A DNA stretch of 63,678 bases, filler included, from Phoronis australis (Eukaryota; Animalia; Phoronida), in NCBI GenBank assembly GCA_002633005.1. It is 8 parts of 8 records of this genome, joined end to end, with 100 filler letters (N's around TTAATTAATTAA, not from the genome) between each part and the next. Parts side by side here need not be neighbours in the genome. Positions count along the whole stretch, not along the records: positions 1 to 3,440 come from NMRA01003021.1; positions 3,541 to 22,556 come from NMRA01000303.1; 6 more parts are not named here. The stretch is one strand, 5' to 3'. A program made the translations under genes and the position numbers. Shown in pieces: positions 1-11,600 of this stretch. Below the pieces are notes generated by a model. It was given only the letters and a program-made list of their open reading frames with translations. It made no database searches and was not told where the DNA came from. The stretch's first letter is position 1. Each line of letters starts with the position of its first letter.

Positions 1-138
1 TTGCAGAGGTGCACAACTTTGGCAATGCGATGACCACATAATGGTCGCAGAGGTGCCCAACTTTGGCAATGTGATGACCAAATAATGATTGCAGAGGTGC
101 ACAACTTTGGCAATGCGATGACCACATAATGGTTGCAA
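1..138. repeat. 44-bp tandem repeat (about 3 copies, truncated by window start)
   Basis: Unit ttgcagaggtgcacaactttggcaatgcgatgaccacataatgg recurs at 1, 45 and 89. Confidence 0.9.
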
Positions 139-1476
139 AGATGTTCTACAAAATTCTGGGAAATGACTTACTGCAGTATCTCAATACTAGTTTATTATCT
201 GCAAAAATATGTCCACAAACTACATTGCCATTAGAGACAAGACGTACTACAACATGTTGTCACTATACTTGAAAACAGCTGTTGATTCTATAAAACACAT
301 ACTTTGATATCAACTCACTTCTGCAAGATCAAACTACAAGAACAATAACAATATGATATAATTAACCACAATCGGATCAAAAGCTGCCATTCCAGACACA
401 AGTACGCTACTAATCTAACAAACAGTTAAGCTCATCTACTTTTTAATTGCGTAAGTTGCATGTTGACTTAACACAATGTAAGTGGGTCACTAGCAAAGCT
501 TAAGAATCAACCAACTGTGCACAACATAGCAGAGGTAATCTTAACTATCATTTGAGGAGATCTGGTTATTAACACCATTTACGGTCATATGAGTTGACAA
601 GTGTCACCCAATAGGAAAAAGTCAAGATTGTAAGTTAAGTTTAGTGTTTTTTTTGAAATCTAAGACATTAAATGCTCATCACTTAATGTATATAAATTTC
701 AACAAATCTAATAATTCATGATTTTCACAAAAGTACCACCTGAAACTTAATTTTCAAATTAAGAGGTCAAGCAGTGGCATTAAATACCAACAGTTAAGTC
801 ATTCTTGAGATACTCTGTGCAAAACAAACCAAAATCACTTTACTACGTTTTTCAACAATAATAATCAAATTTCATCAACAGTACTGTTGTATAAATATAA
901 AAATAGTCAAGCAAACTATTCTAAAGGTTTATTTGCCATAATCCCTGGAGAGAATTTTCCACAGATTACATGCTTTTGAGGGGATAAAAATGGAAAAATG
1001 AATAATTTGTGTAAAAACCCACACTGCATGTGAACCATGGGAACTCAGTGTAGCAATATGATACGTTGGCATACAAACAGGTGCGGGGTGAGCAGGTTGA
1101 GAATTCCTGCAACCTGTCAATGAAAATTTTCCATATTTCAAGACAACTTGTGTCATTAACCCATTTAAGGTTATTATTCTGCTCGTAGAACAAAAACAAC
1201 TGTCAGAACTGACTCGGTAATTGGATAATATTTGAAGTAATTACATATGATGCACTTCACATCTAAAGACTGACCATTTTCAAGCACAGAAGTGATACTG
1301 GGTAGACGAGTTTGGCAACACTAGATGCTGCAATTTTGACAAAACTATTCAGTAAGTTATCAATGTTTCAGGACATACATTCAGTCAAAAAATTAATGCG
1401 TTTCAGACAAAGTGTTCAGTTTTTAGCTATTTCCTATAACAAACCCGGTGGCCAAAACTGTCAACTTGAGGTTATG

Positions 1477-2581
1477 CATAGGCGGATTTAGGAGGAAGGG
1501 GGGCCCAGGGGGCCCGGCCCCCCACTTGGCTGCCACAAAAAATAAAGCAGTAAGAGCGTAGGGAAATGTTGAGTTTATTAATTAACCCCGGTAATTAAAA
1601 GTATACGGATGAAAAAAGATTTAAATATGTGCAGTTTTAGTGTTGGAGGGGGGGGCTCAAATCCAATTTCAAGTGTCAAATTCTGAACACGACGCATTCG
1701 TAACAGAACTATGGCTAAGTATAGGCTCTCCCGCAATATCCCAGGCGACCGGCAGTGGCGCTGCGCACTACGACTCTGTTTCCGTCGTCTGCTCCACTGT
1801 GCAATGAAAAAAATTCCTTCATTTTTAAAGAAAATGGAACCTGAGTGACGATGAAAAAACAGAAGCTGCTGGTAAGATGTGAATTTTAATTGAAGCCTTA
1901 GTAAATCACTCAGAAACTCGCAATACTCTCTTTGTCAAACCTTATCTTAAGACGATTTCCAAAGCAATCCCGTCATTATTGCCAACACGAAAAACGGATT
2001 TGGTCTTTTGGGCATTTGAAGACTATTTTAAATANCTTATCTTAAGACGATTTCCAAAGCAATCCCGTCATTATTGCCAACACGAAAAACGGATTTGGTC
2101 TTTTGGGCATTTGAAGACTATTTTAAATACGACAAATTTGTTAAGAATTGATGGCACAAAATATAAAACATGTAATAAGCATTACAAAAAGAAGTAGGTT
2201 ACGCGCGCAAACGCTGTGGACCATAAACAAGTAGGTCTTTTAGTATGACGTTTGTAGTTAAATTGTGGTGGTGTAGTGTTTATGCAAGCGCGCTCTAATC
2301 GCTAGAGCGTGAGTTCGAATCTTTGAAACTTGCATTTTTTCCTGTTTGACATTCTGCGTTTTTTTGCCTTTTTTTCTTGGATAATACTTCAGGAATCAAG
2401 GAAAATGCTTGATTTTTAGAGGTAAAAACAGAAAAATTTCCAGAGCGGGGGGTTTGCCCCCCCTCCCGACCTCCCCCCATTCGGTACTATGCGCATCTAC
2501 AATTGTGGTTCACTTTGCGCAAATGCTTACAGCCGGACAAAATGTTGGGCCCCCCCTTGTGATATCCTAGATCTGCCACTG
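1477..2581. mobile_element. Non-autonomous TIR DNA transposon (hAT/P-like MITE) with 7-bp TSD
   Basis: Left end cataggcggatttagg; right end reverse-complements to cagtggcagatctagg. ggttatg is duplicated at 1470-1476 and 2582-2588. GC-rich subterminal palindromes are present. Confidence 0.75.
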
Positions 2582-2990
2582 GGTTATGTAGGACCCGAAG
2601 GAAGTATCTGAACTTGGCTGACTTTGCAACACGGCTGATCGGATTCATGTGAAATTTTCACATACTATGCTTTATGCACCATTTGCCAAAATGCCGTAAG
2701 TTACAAATTGTTTTTTTATTTTGCGTGAGGAGAGAAATTTGTGATTTTTCTAAAAAACTCAAAAGTTGCATGAATCAAAAATGAAATGGCAATTTAGAAA
2801 ACAGCAACAGAAATTTTGAGAATTCATCTTGAACAATAAAATGAAATGAAATCTGGTCATGTTTTGATACCATTCTTTTGTTGCCTTTCTTTTCTGCTAA
2901 ATTTACTGAAAAGATAAAATAGTAAAACTAGTAAAACTAAAATGACGAGCTTTGGTACTAAAATATATTAAAATATCTCCACGTATGGAG
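2582..2990 (+). mobile_element. Dispersed repeat, interrupted copy of the 26694-27156 element
   Basis: ggttatgtaggaccc and the ttgtgatttttc...tgcatgaa...tagaaaac segments align by eye with 26694-27000. The element start at 1470 is split off by the MITE. Confidence 0.55.
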
Positions 2991-3051
2991 CGATGAGAGA
3001 GAGAGGAGAGGGGGAGGGGGAGGGAGAGAAAGAAAGAGAGAGAGAGGAGAG

Positions 3052-3424
3052 TAAGTCGCATGGTGCCTCATATGAGATCAGAGACAAATTCTCATGCTCG
3101 AGTTCGGGCATTGTTTATCTTTTTAGACGTGCTAAATGTCCCCACACGTGGTATTTTGGGGAGACATGTAACTCATTACGCACTAGAATGAACGGCCATA
3201 GGGAGACGATCCTTCACAATAATAGGGCGGTCCCCATTGGGGAACATTTCAACCTCCCAGGCCATACTACCAGTGACGTCAATGTACTTGTAGTCAAAGG
3301 CAGACTGTTGGACATTTACGCAAGTAGAACATGCGAGGCTGAATTCATCACAAAGTGCAACACCCTAAACAGCGACATAGGGGTTCTGTCTCACTACAGG
3401 TCTGTAGTGGATAGACTCCAGTAG
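3052..3424 (+). mobile_element. Penelope-like retroelement 3' fragment (GIY-YIG endonuclease)
   Basis: Translation FSCSSSGIVYLFRRAKCPHTWYFGETCNSLRTRMNGHR...PIGEHFNLPGH matches the PLE GIY-YIG pattern. It is preceded by a (GA)n/purine tract at 2995-3050. Confidence 0.85.
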
Positions 3425-3744
3425 CTGCATATGTCTCTGTNNNNNNNNNNNNNNNNNNNNNNNNNNNNNNNNNNNNNNNNNNNNTTAATTAATTAANNNN
3501 NNNNNNNNNNNNNNNNNNNNNNNNNNNNNNNNNNNNNNNNGCAACAAATGGAAACGTCTGTCCGTTTTCCTAAAGGAGACTGGCAGACTTGAAAACTTTC
3601 TTCACGAGGAGCCATAATTGGGGTCTCGTGCCTTTGCTCAGGTGTTTTGTGCAATGGGCCCAACCATGAGGCCTGCGCACGTCTGATGCACCGCAAATGA
3701 CATCAGACCACCTGCACTGTTTTTTTTTTATAACTAAATGTGTT

Positions 3745-4170
3745 ATTTAGCGTATATGCAGCTGCTATAATATGGAATTCTTTTAGCCCAGAAATTAAAC
3801 GGTCCAATTCAATTACTACCTTTAAAGTAAATATTAAAAAGTGGCTGTAATTTACTTGACCTTTTATACCCTGCCTATCTTAATCATGTCATTTTTTCAT
3901 TGTCGTAAAGACTCTCACTGTCTAGAGTCATCTCTTAATTTATTTCATCTGTCTTAGTTAAATTTTTACCATTATTTATCATTTAGTTATTGTCTTAATT
4001 CTCAACCTGTTTTAATTGTATCTTTGTTACGTATATTACATTGTTGTTTTATTACTTCATTGTATTATATTACTGTTTTTCTTGTTAAGGGGCCCTCTTG
4101 AAAAGCAGTGCTATCATTGAAGAGGTCACCCTCATTTTAAATATCACAATAATAAATAAATAAATAAATA
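3745..4170 (+). mobile_element. CR1/L2-type LINE 3' end
   Basis: Encodes YAAAIIWNSFSPEIKRSNSITTFKVNIKKWL* (ORF2 C-terminal WNSLP...FK..LK motif, stop at 3848-3850). A T-rich 3' UTR follows, ending in a (TAAA)n tail at 4170. Confidence 0.75.
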
Positions 4171-5248
4171 GCGTCAGGCTGATAATGTGGCAAAAATTTC
4201 CTTTCCGAGTTCAATGACGTGAGCCGCACGAGTGACGCAGTCTTATGTTAGTGGCTTGAGAACAGGAAGACCACGGGATCGAATCACGATGAGATTTCAA
4301 TTATTTCGTAATCAAGTTTTAAATAAAAATTAAAGTGGAACTTGAACGCTAATTCCTCATGCCTGTTATTGCTAGATCGAATTTGTTAGAAACGTAACAC
4401 ACACCGACGAAACAAATATGAAGTAGGTTGAAAATTACCACATGTTTTAAAGAACAAGTTTTGTGTAGAAAACGATCCGCCGTAAATCACGCAACCGTGT
4501 CCAAAACCTATCGTGACGTGGTGTTGGGAAATAACACAGCCTGCATGATGCTGTTTATGTGAGCCCCAAGAAACGTCATTAGTGCAAAGGTCAATTTTTT
4601 GTGTCCACATCTACAAGTTGTCAATAAATACAACTGCACTTCGTTTAGCGTAGATGATGTTCAAATAGCATTGTCGCTTAGTCGTTCAGTTCCAAAGTTA
4701 GGAGCATTCAAATACGTCTGTAAAGAGCTGACGTCATTACGGAGGACTAATCGGTCAATATGAAAACTTATTCTTCCCGAAATATTGACCGCTGCTGAGT
4801 CTATAACTTCCCAACTTTGTCCAAATAATACACACTTTCCTCACTGGTTAAAACGACACCTATCGGTCCAGTAAGGTCGATGGAAGTCGACGAAGGCTCA
4901 TTAAAAAGGCAAAAAGAAACATTTGTGTCTGGTGGCACATGCCTTTAACGACTATTATATTCATAAACGTCGCATTGATTTCTCACAAATTTATGGAATA
5001 ACTTTTTTGTAATGTTATAGTTTTGCGAAAACTACCATTATAATTTTCGTCAATTGCAGGCATGAATATCGTTTTTCCGACCACAGAATTTTAATTGTTT
5101 TTCACGAGTAAACAATGGTTCAAAATGATGTGCACAAAACAACCTACCACATACATTACAATTTAAAGACGTGAAAAAATAAATGGGGTTGAATTATCAC
5201 CTACAAAATTACGACAAATCCTCACGCCGTCGCATGCTGTGGAGATAG

Positions 5249-5344
5249 TATAAATAAGGCCAGGCAAGTGGAAGTAGAAACCACAATCCAGACTGGCTGG
5301 TGAACAGAACAGAAACCTCAAATCTTTCATCGAAGGTTACATAG
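5249..5344 (+). promoter_or_regulatory. TATA box and probable non-coding first exon of the NIDO-CBM14 gene
   Basis: TATAAATA at 5249-5256; donor catag|gtaatc at 5345; acceptor tttctag at 5547, just before the ATG at 5551. Confidence 0.5.
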
Positions 5345-5550
5345 GTAATCACTGGAATTTCAGCAATTGTGACAACTTTGTAACTGCTGTAATAGATTCC
5401 TGGTATTTTACGTGACCGAGGACAAGACATTGCTTTGTTTCTTGTCTGCTTTGTACAGAGGTCACAGAACTATTATCGATCTCCTGTCACACACGTATGT
5501 CGTTTCCATATCCGCCAAACAAGATTTTCGTATTTTTTCATTTCTAGGAA

Positions 5551-5626
5551 ATGTTCGTGTTGCGTTGTTCAATCTTGGGTCTCACTGCTCTGGTAGTGAT
5601 TGGGACGAGCGCGGCCCAAAAAGAAG
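5551..5626 (+). CDS. NIDO-CBM14 gene coding exon 1 (signal peptide)
   Basis: [25 protein letters not shown] plus one base; donor gtatgt at 5627. Confidence 0.75.
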
Positions 5627-8600
5627 GTATGTGTAGTTTTGAACCCCATGACTGAAGTGTACGTGTTTTTAAATCTCCTTGACGCTGCATCGCTAAGACT
5701 TATGTTAAAAGAGCTCCGAGTCTTAGAAAAAATGTACTATCTCCCGCCGTGTTTGGGAAACCATCAGTCCACGAGATAACGGACTTGATCCCTATCCTTA
5801 GAAAGATTGGAAATTTCCGTGTACGACTTTCTTAGGCGACCAATAGGAGTGTGCTATGTAAATCCGAAGCCGAAAAATCAGGACAAATACTATTTTCTAT
5901 TCCGGAATTATTATCTATATGGAAAGCCAAAGCAAGAAAAATTCCAAGACAGATATCTTCAAAGCAAGATTTTATAGCAGGCCAAAACATTGTTAGAAGT
6001 TGCTCTGCAGAGCTAAAACAAATATTTCAAAACAAGAATTTTCACTTATGCAAGAATTAAAAATAGACTAAAACAATATCGCTACTGAATTCAGTTCCCC
6101 ACAGGTATCAGTTATTCTTTCATAGATTTTGTTTGTTTCCAAATACAACGTGTACTGAAATACAATAGATAACATTAATGCCCCGTAATCATATACATGT
6201 ATTGATCTGCTTTAACTCGGTTTAAAAAGATCAAAGGTTCCTTAAACGAAACCATCTATGTATTCAAACTGTTTCCAACGGTTTTGTGTACGTTATGCAC
6301 AATTCAAAGCTTCGTATATTAGAAAAAACAGTACGGACTATCAACACGTAGCACTTGCCTTATTGTGTAAAATTCTTCAAGAATCGGAAGAGGAGAGAAC
6401 GAAGGTTATGCAGGCTAGCTCTCAGTTGAGGTCGCCTAAGTCGTTCAAGCTTACTAGCAACTCCGGCAAGATGTTTCCATTCGGGCCAGCCGCAGGAGAC
6501 ACTCTCATGGGAGCGACGGATGACGGCTGTGAAGAGTTTTCTTATGGGACAGGCATCTCGTACTTTGGTTCATCCTATAGCTCTTTGTGGGTAAGTTAAC
6601 GCTTTGCTGCCAAAACATGGATACGTTGCTTTCAGTAGATCTTGAGTAAAACAATCCATTGGGGGGAGTCAGTGCCAGAAGAATACTCCTGGAGTAATGT
6701 TTTATCCCATACATGTGTGCAGCCATGGAATACGTGATTGTCACGGAATATGCCACTGTACAAGAGGAGACCGTATTGCACTGTTTGTGTACAATCTCCT
6801 GGCGAGCACGAGGGCAAATTAGATTACTCTTGTTCATTTTGGCTATCTAAAACATTCACTATATCGTTCTTGAAACAGCGTTTATGTTTTCTGTTCTAAA
6901 AACTAAAAAACTTCGTCAAACCCTCACCGATGAAAATTCTGACGCACGGTGATCAGGCCACTATTTTTAGGAGTCGGAATTTTTAATCTGGTTCTTCAGC
7001 AATATGTCAATTGTCTATATAACGTCCCCGACAAAATCTGGGAAAATGTAATTCAAACCACACGAAAACGCTGTGTTATTAATGCATATGGCATAGTTGG
7101 ACTGAGCACTAAGAAATATACAAGCAATTGCGACCAAATATCGAGCACGTAGTGCTTACTGACACAATCGTCTGCTCGCTGCGTTCCTAGACTCCACCTT
7201 CTCCAGCAACAATCCTTAACACAGTACCGACAATATCAGCCTACTCACCAAACATAGTTCCCAGCTTTACTTTCTGGTGCTATGCTCAACAGAGTAATTG
7301 TTTCGGTCGCGATTTCCATTCCAGACGCTAAGAAACAAAAATACCCAGGAAACTAAGTAATTCATCGTCGGTAACACCCCACTGGAGAATTGTTTAGTTA
7401 ATGCTTCCAATTTTATATTCCAGGGTGGTTTCTAAGTTTTTTAATGTTATTGGATGGATCATTGCTTTGACTTCTACATTTCGCAAACTGAAAATTCATT
7501 TCAATTTATTATGACATTTAAAAAACTTTACTAGTTATTTAACATCAAGACTCAACGTTTGGCTTAACCGGCTAGTCTAGACGCATTTCTGGAAAATGTG
7601 CATGTTAGAGGCATTTTTAGTAAAAGTGGAAAGCCTATCTTTTTAGCATGATTATAGTGCGGTGATTTTGATTATGCCTGTTCCCAAGCTGGATTTGGAG
7701 TTTTTGACCATCTAATTCGCATAAACAAAATGGCCGCACAACCAACAAAATAAGAAACATTCGTGGGACCGGGAGTACAATATATGACGAATAATTCGGA
7801 AATTTTTGCTACAAAAGCATAGTAAAAGTGTGTTTAGATCACTTAAATTTAAGAGCTTATTAATGAGCATCATTAAAATCCCCAATTGTGCTAATTAGCT
7901 TCCGCCGTTACCGAAAAATTCAAATTTTTGTATAACTTTATCAACTTGCAGGCAAACATGACAAATAAAGTGTCTAAACCTATGTTTTGAAGATCTAGAA
8001 AAATCATTATGACACATGTGAAGCTTTTTAATTCATCTTCATTAAGTTACAATTTATGCTCATTAATAAAGCCTGAAAATTAAATTAGAAATCATAATTA
8101 TCAATGCTCTCATTATTTAGATAAGACATAAAAGTATTGTAAATATTACAACATGAATTTTGAATACTGTTGTAAAGAGATGCATGGCCATATCGTCCCA
8201 TTTTGGACAGGAACATACCGTCCTCACAGTCGACCAAGCACTCTGCTGCAGATTAATGGAGCTTATGTGGTCGGTCCCAGAATACCAAAATATGTTAATA
8301 GAATACCTCGTTTAGTGGCTCTTCACGTATCAATGAACTTTATCAAGGCCATAGAAGATCACATGAGTGATTCCGGAATAGCTGAGGTGTGCATAGAGAG
8401 TGCAGTACTTGGTCAAGGCCTATGGAAATGGTCCTCAGTGGAAAGTCGTACAGCAAAGCTACAGTATGAGGGCACACAAACTGTCTTTGCAAGCTCTGTG
8501 GCATCTCCTGCATGTGCCAAGCCTTCTCTCATTTAATGCAGAAGTGACTTGTCATGCTTGTATTACCAGTATGTCTTCAGATGATGATCCACAGAAAATT

Positions 8601-11600
8601 CCGTACTTGATAACATTTCTCAATTAGGATGAGTTCAGGAAACTCCTGGCCATTTTGTCAACAGTAGTTCTGATGATGTGAATTTCAGCTTCTGGTGGAG
8701 TTACATGTACATGGTTCCTATCTTATTAAAGTACACATGCTCTTAACGGAATGGTATTTTGGAACTGCATCTCTATTTATTTACTCTCGTGCTGCCCCAC
8801 CGAATTATGCCCGAGCAGGGTGCGGTCTTTTTAGTCGAGATGCATCAGCTTCCACAGTCTGTTTGGTAAGCAGTAAATTTTGTAGTCAAGTGATCTCCTC
8901 ATATGCTCGTGTCAGGTAGATTCTGACCAGTGGGTAAATGGGGCAGGCAAAAAGGAGGTGGTATCATCGGTAACACCAAAACCTCGTCAGCTCTATGGAG
9001 GTGGAAACTCTCATTTAATCTGAAATCTCATATAGGTGAACAAACTTACTGCTGTGGGAGTACATAGTTTCATAACGAAGCCACGTGTCAGCTTTCGAGA
9101 GTTCCCTTCTTTACGCATTCCATGGATTGAAGGTCTTCTCGTCCGCAAGGCCTTAGCTGCTACAAAGCCTTGCAACAAAAGACCCAGCAACAGCACTAAT
9201 CCTAGAGTCACTTTTGCATGCCAAGGAACTAGGTCACGAACATATCAAGAAATTTGTTCGAGACAGATTATCACTGAGCAATGCGATAATCAGACATGAC
9301 AATTCATGGGCCTATGCCCAAAAATAATGCACCAACATTTGCCAACTTATATGTTGTGGTGAAACAAACCAAAGACAAAGACAAGAAAATAGTTCTTAAG
9401 GCAGATAGGGATGTACTTCGCTACCTTCGGCTTATGAGGCAGGTCGGCCAGTTGATTTGCCGTCTGTGCTCAAACGGAAGCTACTTCCATTCCATGTTTT
9501 CTTACAGAAAAGAGTGGCACATTGTACACTGGAGATAAATCTTGACATTTCTAAGTATTAATAGTTAACACATCGACTGTCCTGAAACAATTCAACTTCA
9601 TGACCCGCCTGCTTGCCTCATTATTGATGGCGAAGCATTGCTGGAAGCTCCTGGGAAGCCTGATGGTGATGTGACCTTCGAGAACCTGACTGATTCATTC
9701 ATGAAAACAGTGCTAAACACAGGATTTCCATACCATGAAATTGCAACTGTATTTGACAGATATAGACAAGAAAATATGAAGGTCACAACAGGAAAACAGC
9801 GCAGTAAAGGAACACAGCAAATCAGGTGATGATTTTTGGAAGGCCGTGGTGTACCTCTTCCTCAAAACTGGTCAAATTTTCGGGCACTGGCTGAGAATAA
9901 ATCAGACCTAGCACATTCATATCTTGTCAGAGAAACTGTGTTTGTAGACACCTGAAGATAAAGAGGTTATGGTTGCAGGAAGGTTCAAAAATGAGATGGA
10001 AGTAAGTTAAATCATCTAAGGATATGACTGATTTGAGGACTTTGAAATCCACACATGAAGAAGCAGATGCAATATTGGTACTGCATGCTGTCCACAGTCA
10101 GTCGTATTTCCAGGGACACCCGATGTTCTATTGCTTCTGGTATCGCACTTCCAACAAATGCAAAGTGATGTCAGGCACATCAAAGAAATGACGATATATA
10201 CTGAAGAGCTTTTCAACAAACTACTAAGAGAATCAGCAACATCCGTGTTTGCTTTTCATGCCGTGACCGGGTTTGGCACCAACTCGTACTTTGCCAATCA
10301 CATGAAACAATCATCATGGAAGGTGTTCCTAGAGCATCACAGATTGCTTAAGAACCCCTTCCCCCAGCGCATAATGCCCGTCGTTACCATCTGATGAGAG
10401 TGCACTATCAGGTCAAGGTACGGCAAATGATCATTGTTCCATACCTGAGCTCCCAGCACCCTCTGATATGGGAGGGACACACAAACTTATGCTTGCAGCC
10501 CATACAGATGACACAGAGTTCTATCCCACACAGCTGCCTTGAGATGGTATTGTGTGCATGCCAGAAACAACGCAACAGCAGACGATGCAAATGCAAGAAA
10601 TCTGGATCTCAATGCATACCATTATGAACATGCTAGCAGCACATTCATGATCAGATTCCTTGTATGCAAACAGTTTGATTTGCCTGGCTTCAGGCATGTT
10701 AAAAAGTACCAAAAAGTTAATGCTTAAACTGTGTTCAGCAGGCCTGAAAACTATTCATGCAAATAAGAATTTAATGTCTTCTATAACAATAACTCTATTG
10801 ATTTTTTATGAATGGAAGATAACGGGATAGTGTGAACATTTGTCCTAAATTCCATCAAAATAGTGACACCGTGCTTGACGAGCATTGCAAATTAAAGACT
10901 ATTTTTTCCACATTCTGTAAGTATACATCTGTAACCCAATAAATATGAAATAAATTACTCCATTGCATTTTTGTTGACCATGGAAGTATAAGTATAAACA
11001 CCTCATTTTTCAAGTTAGCCTGCAGGAACACAAACTTAAGACGCAAATTACATTGTATGGTAATGGCGGCACCTAATTTGCATAATTAGTTTTCAGAGTT
11101 GCACTTTTTAGTTTTCATAAGAGATGTATTGCTCAAGAAGTATTTATAAGAAGTGTACAGGTGAGACATTTCAACATTTTAAATGGTATATGGCGATTTC
11201 TATTACAAAAATACACAGTTTGGCCGCCATTTTATTTATGCAAATTAGATGGTCAAAAATGCAAAATTCGGCTTGGGAACAGGGTTCGTTGAATTGGTTA
11301 TGCCTTCATTGTGTGAAAAAGTCTTGTTCCTAACTTTTACTAAAAATGCTTCTAGAACCTTATACAGGGCTCTTTCCAGGAATTCGTCTAGACTAGGCAG
11401 GGGGCACGCTTAGCATAAACAGGGGCGGATCTACGTTTTCAGTAAGGGGGGGGGTTTAGGATTCCCGCAAAGGTCGAATCCTAGGCGCGTGGCGCCGAGA
11501 GGGGGGGGGGGTCGGGAGGGGGGGTTTTCCCCCCCTCCGTGTAAAACAATTTTTTGTTTTTGTAGCCAAATAGTGAAATTTCCATGCATCCTGGTAAGTT

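Noticed and set aside
1941-2129. Perfect 95-bp tandem duplication
   Set aside because: The copies are joined by a single N (2035), typical of an unmerged contig overlap. The same applies to the short duplication at the N at 34573.
3441-3540. TTAATTAATTAA embedded in 100-bp N gaps (also 22601, 27452, 32022, 57682, 60286, 62520)
   Set aside because: The identical N44-12mer-N44 layout seven times indicates an artificial contig spacer with stop codons in all frames, not a biological repeat or CRISPR array.
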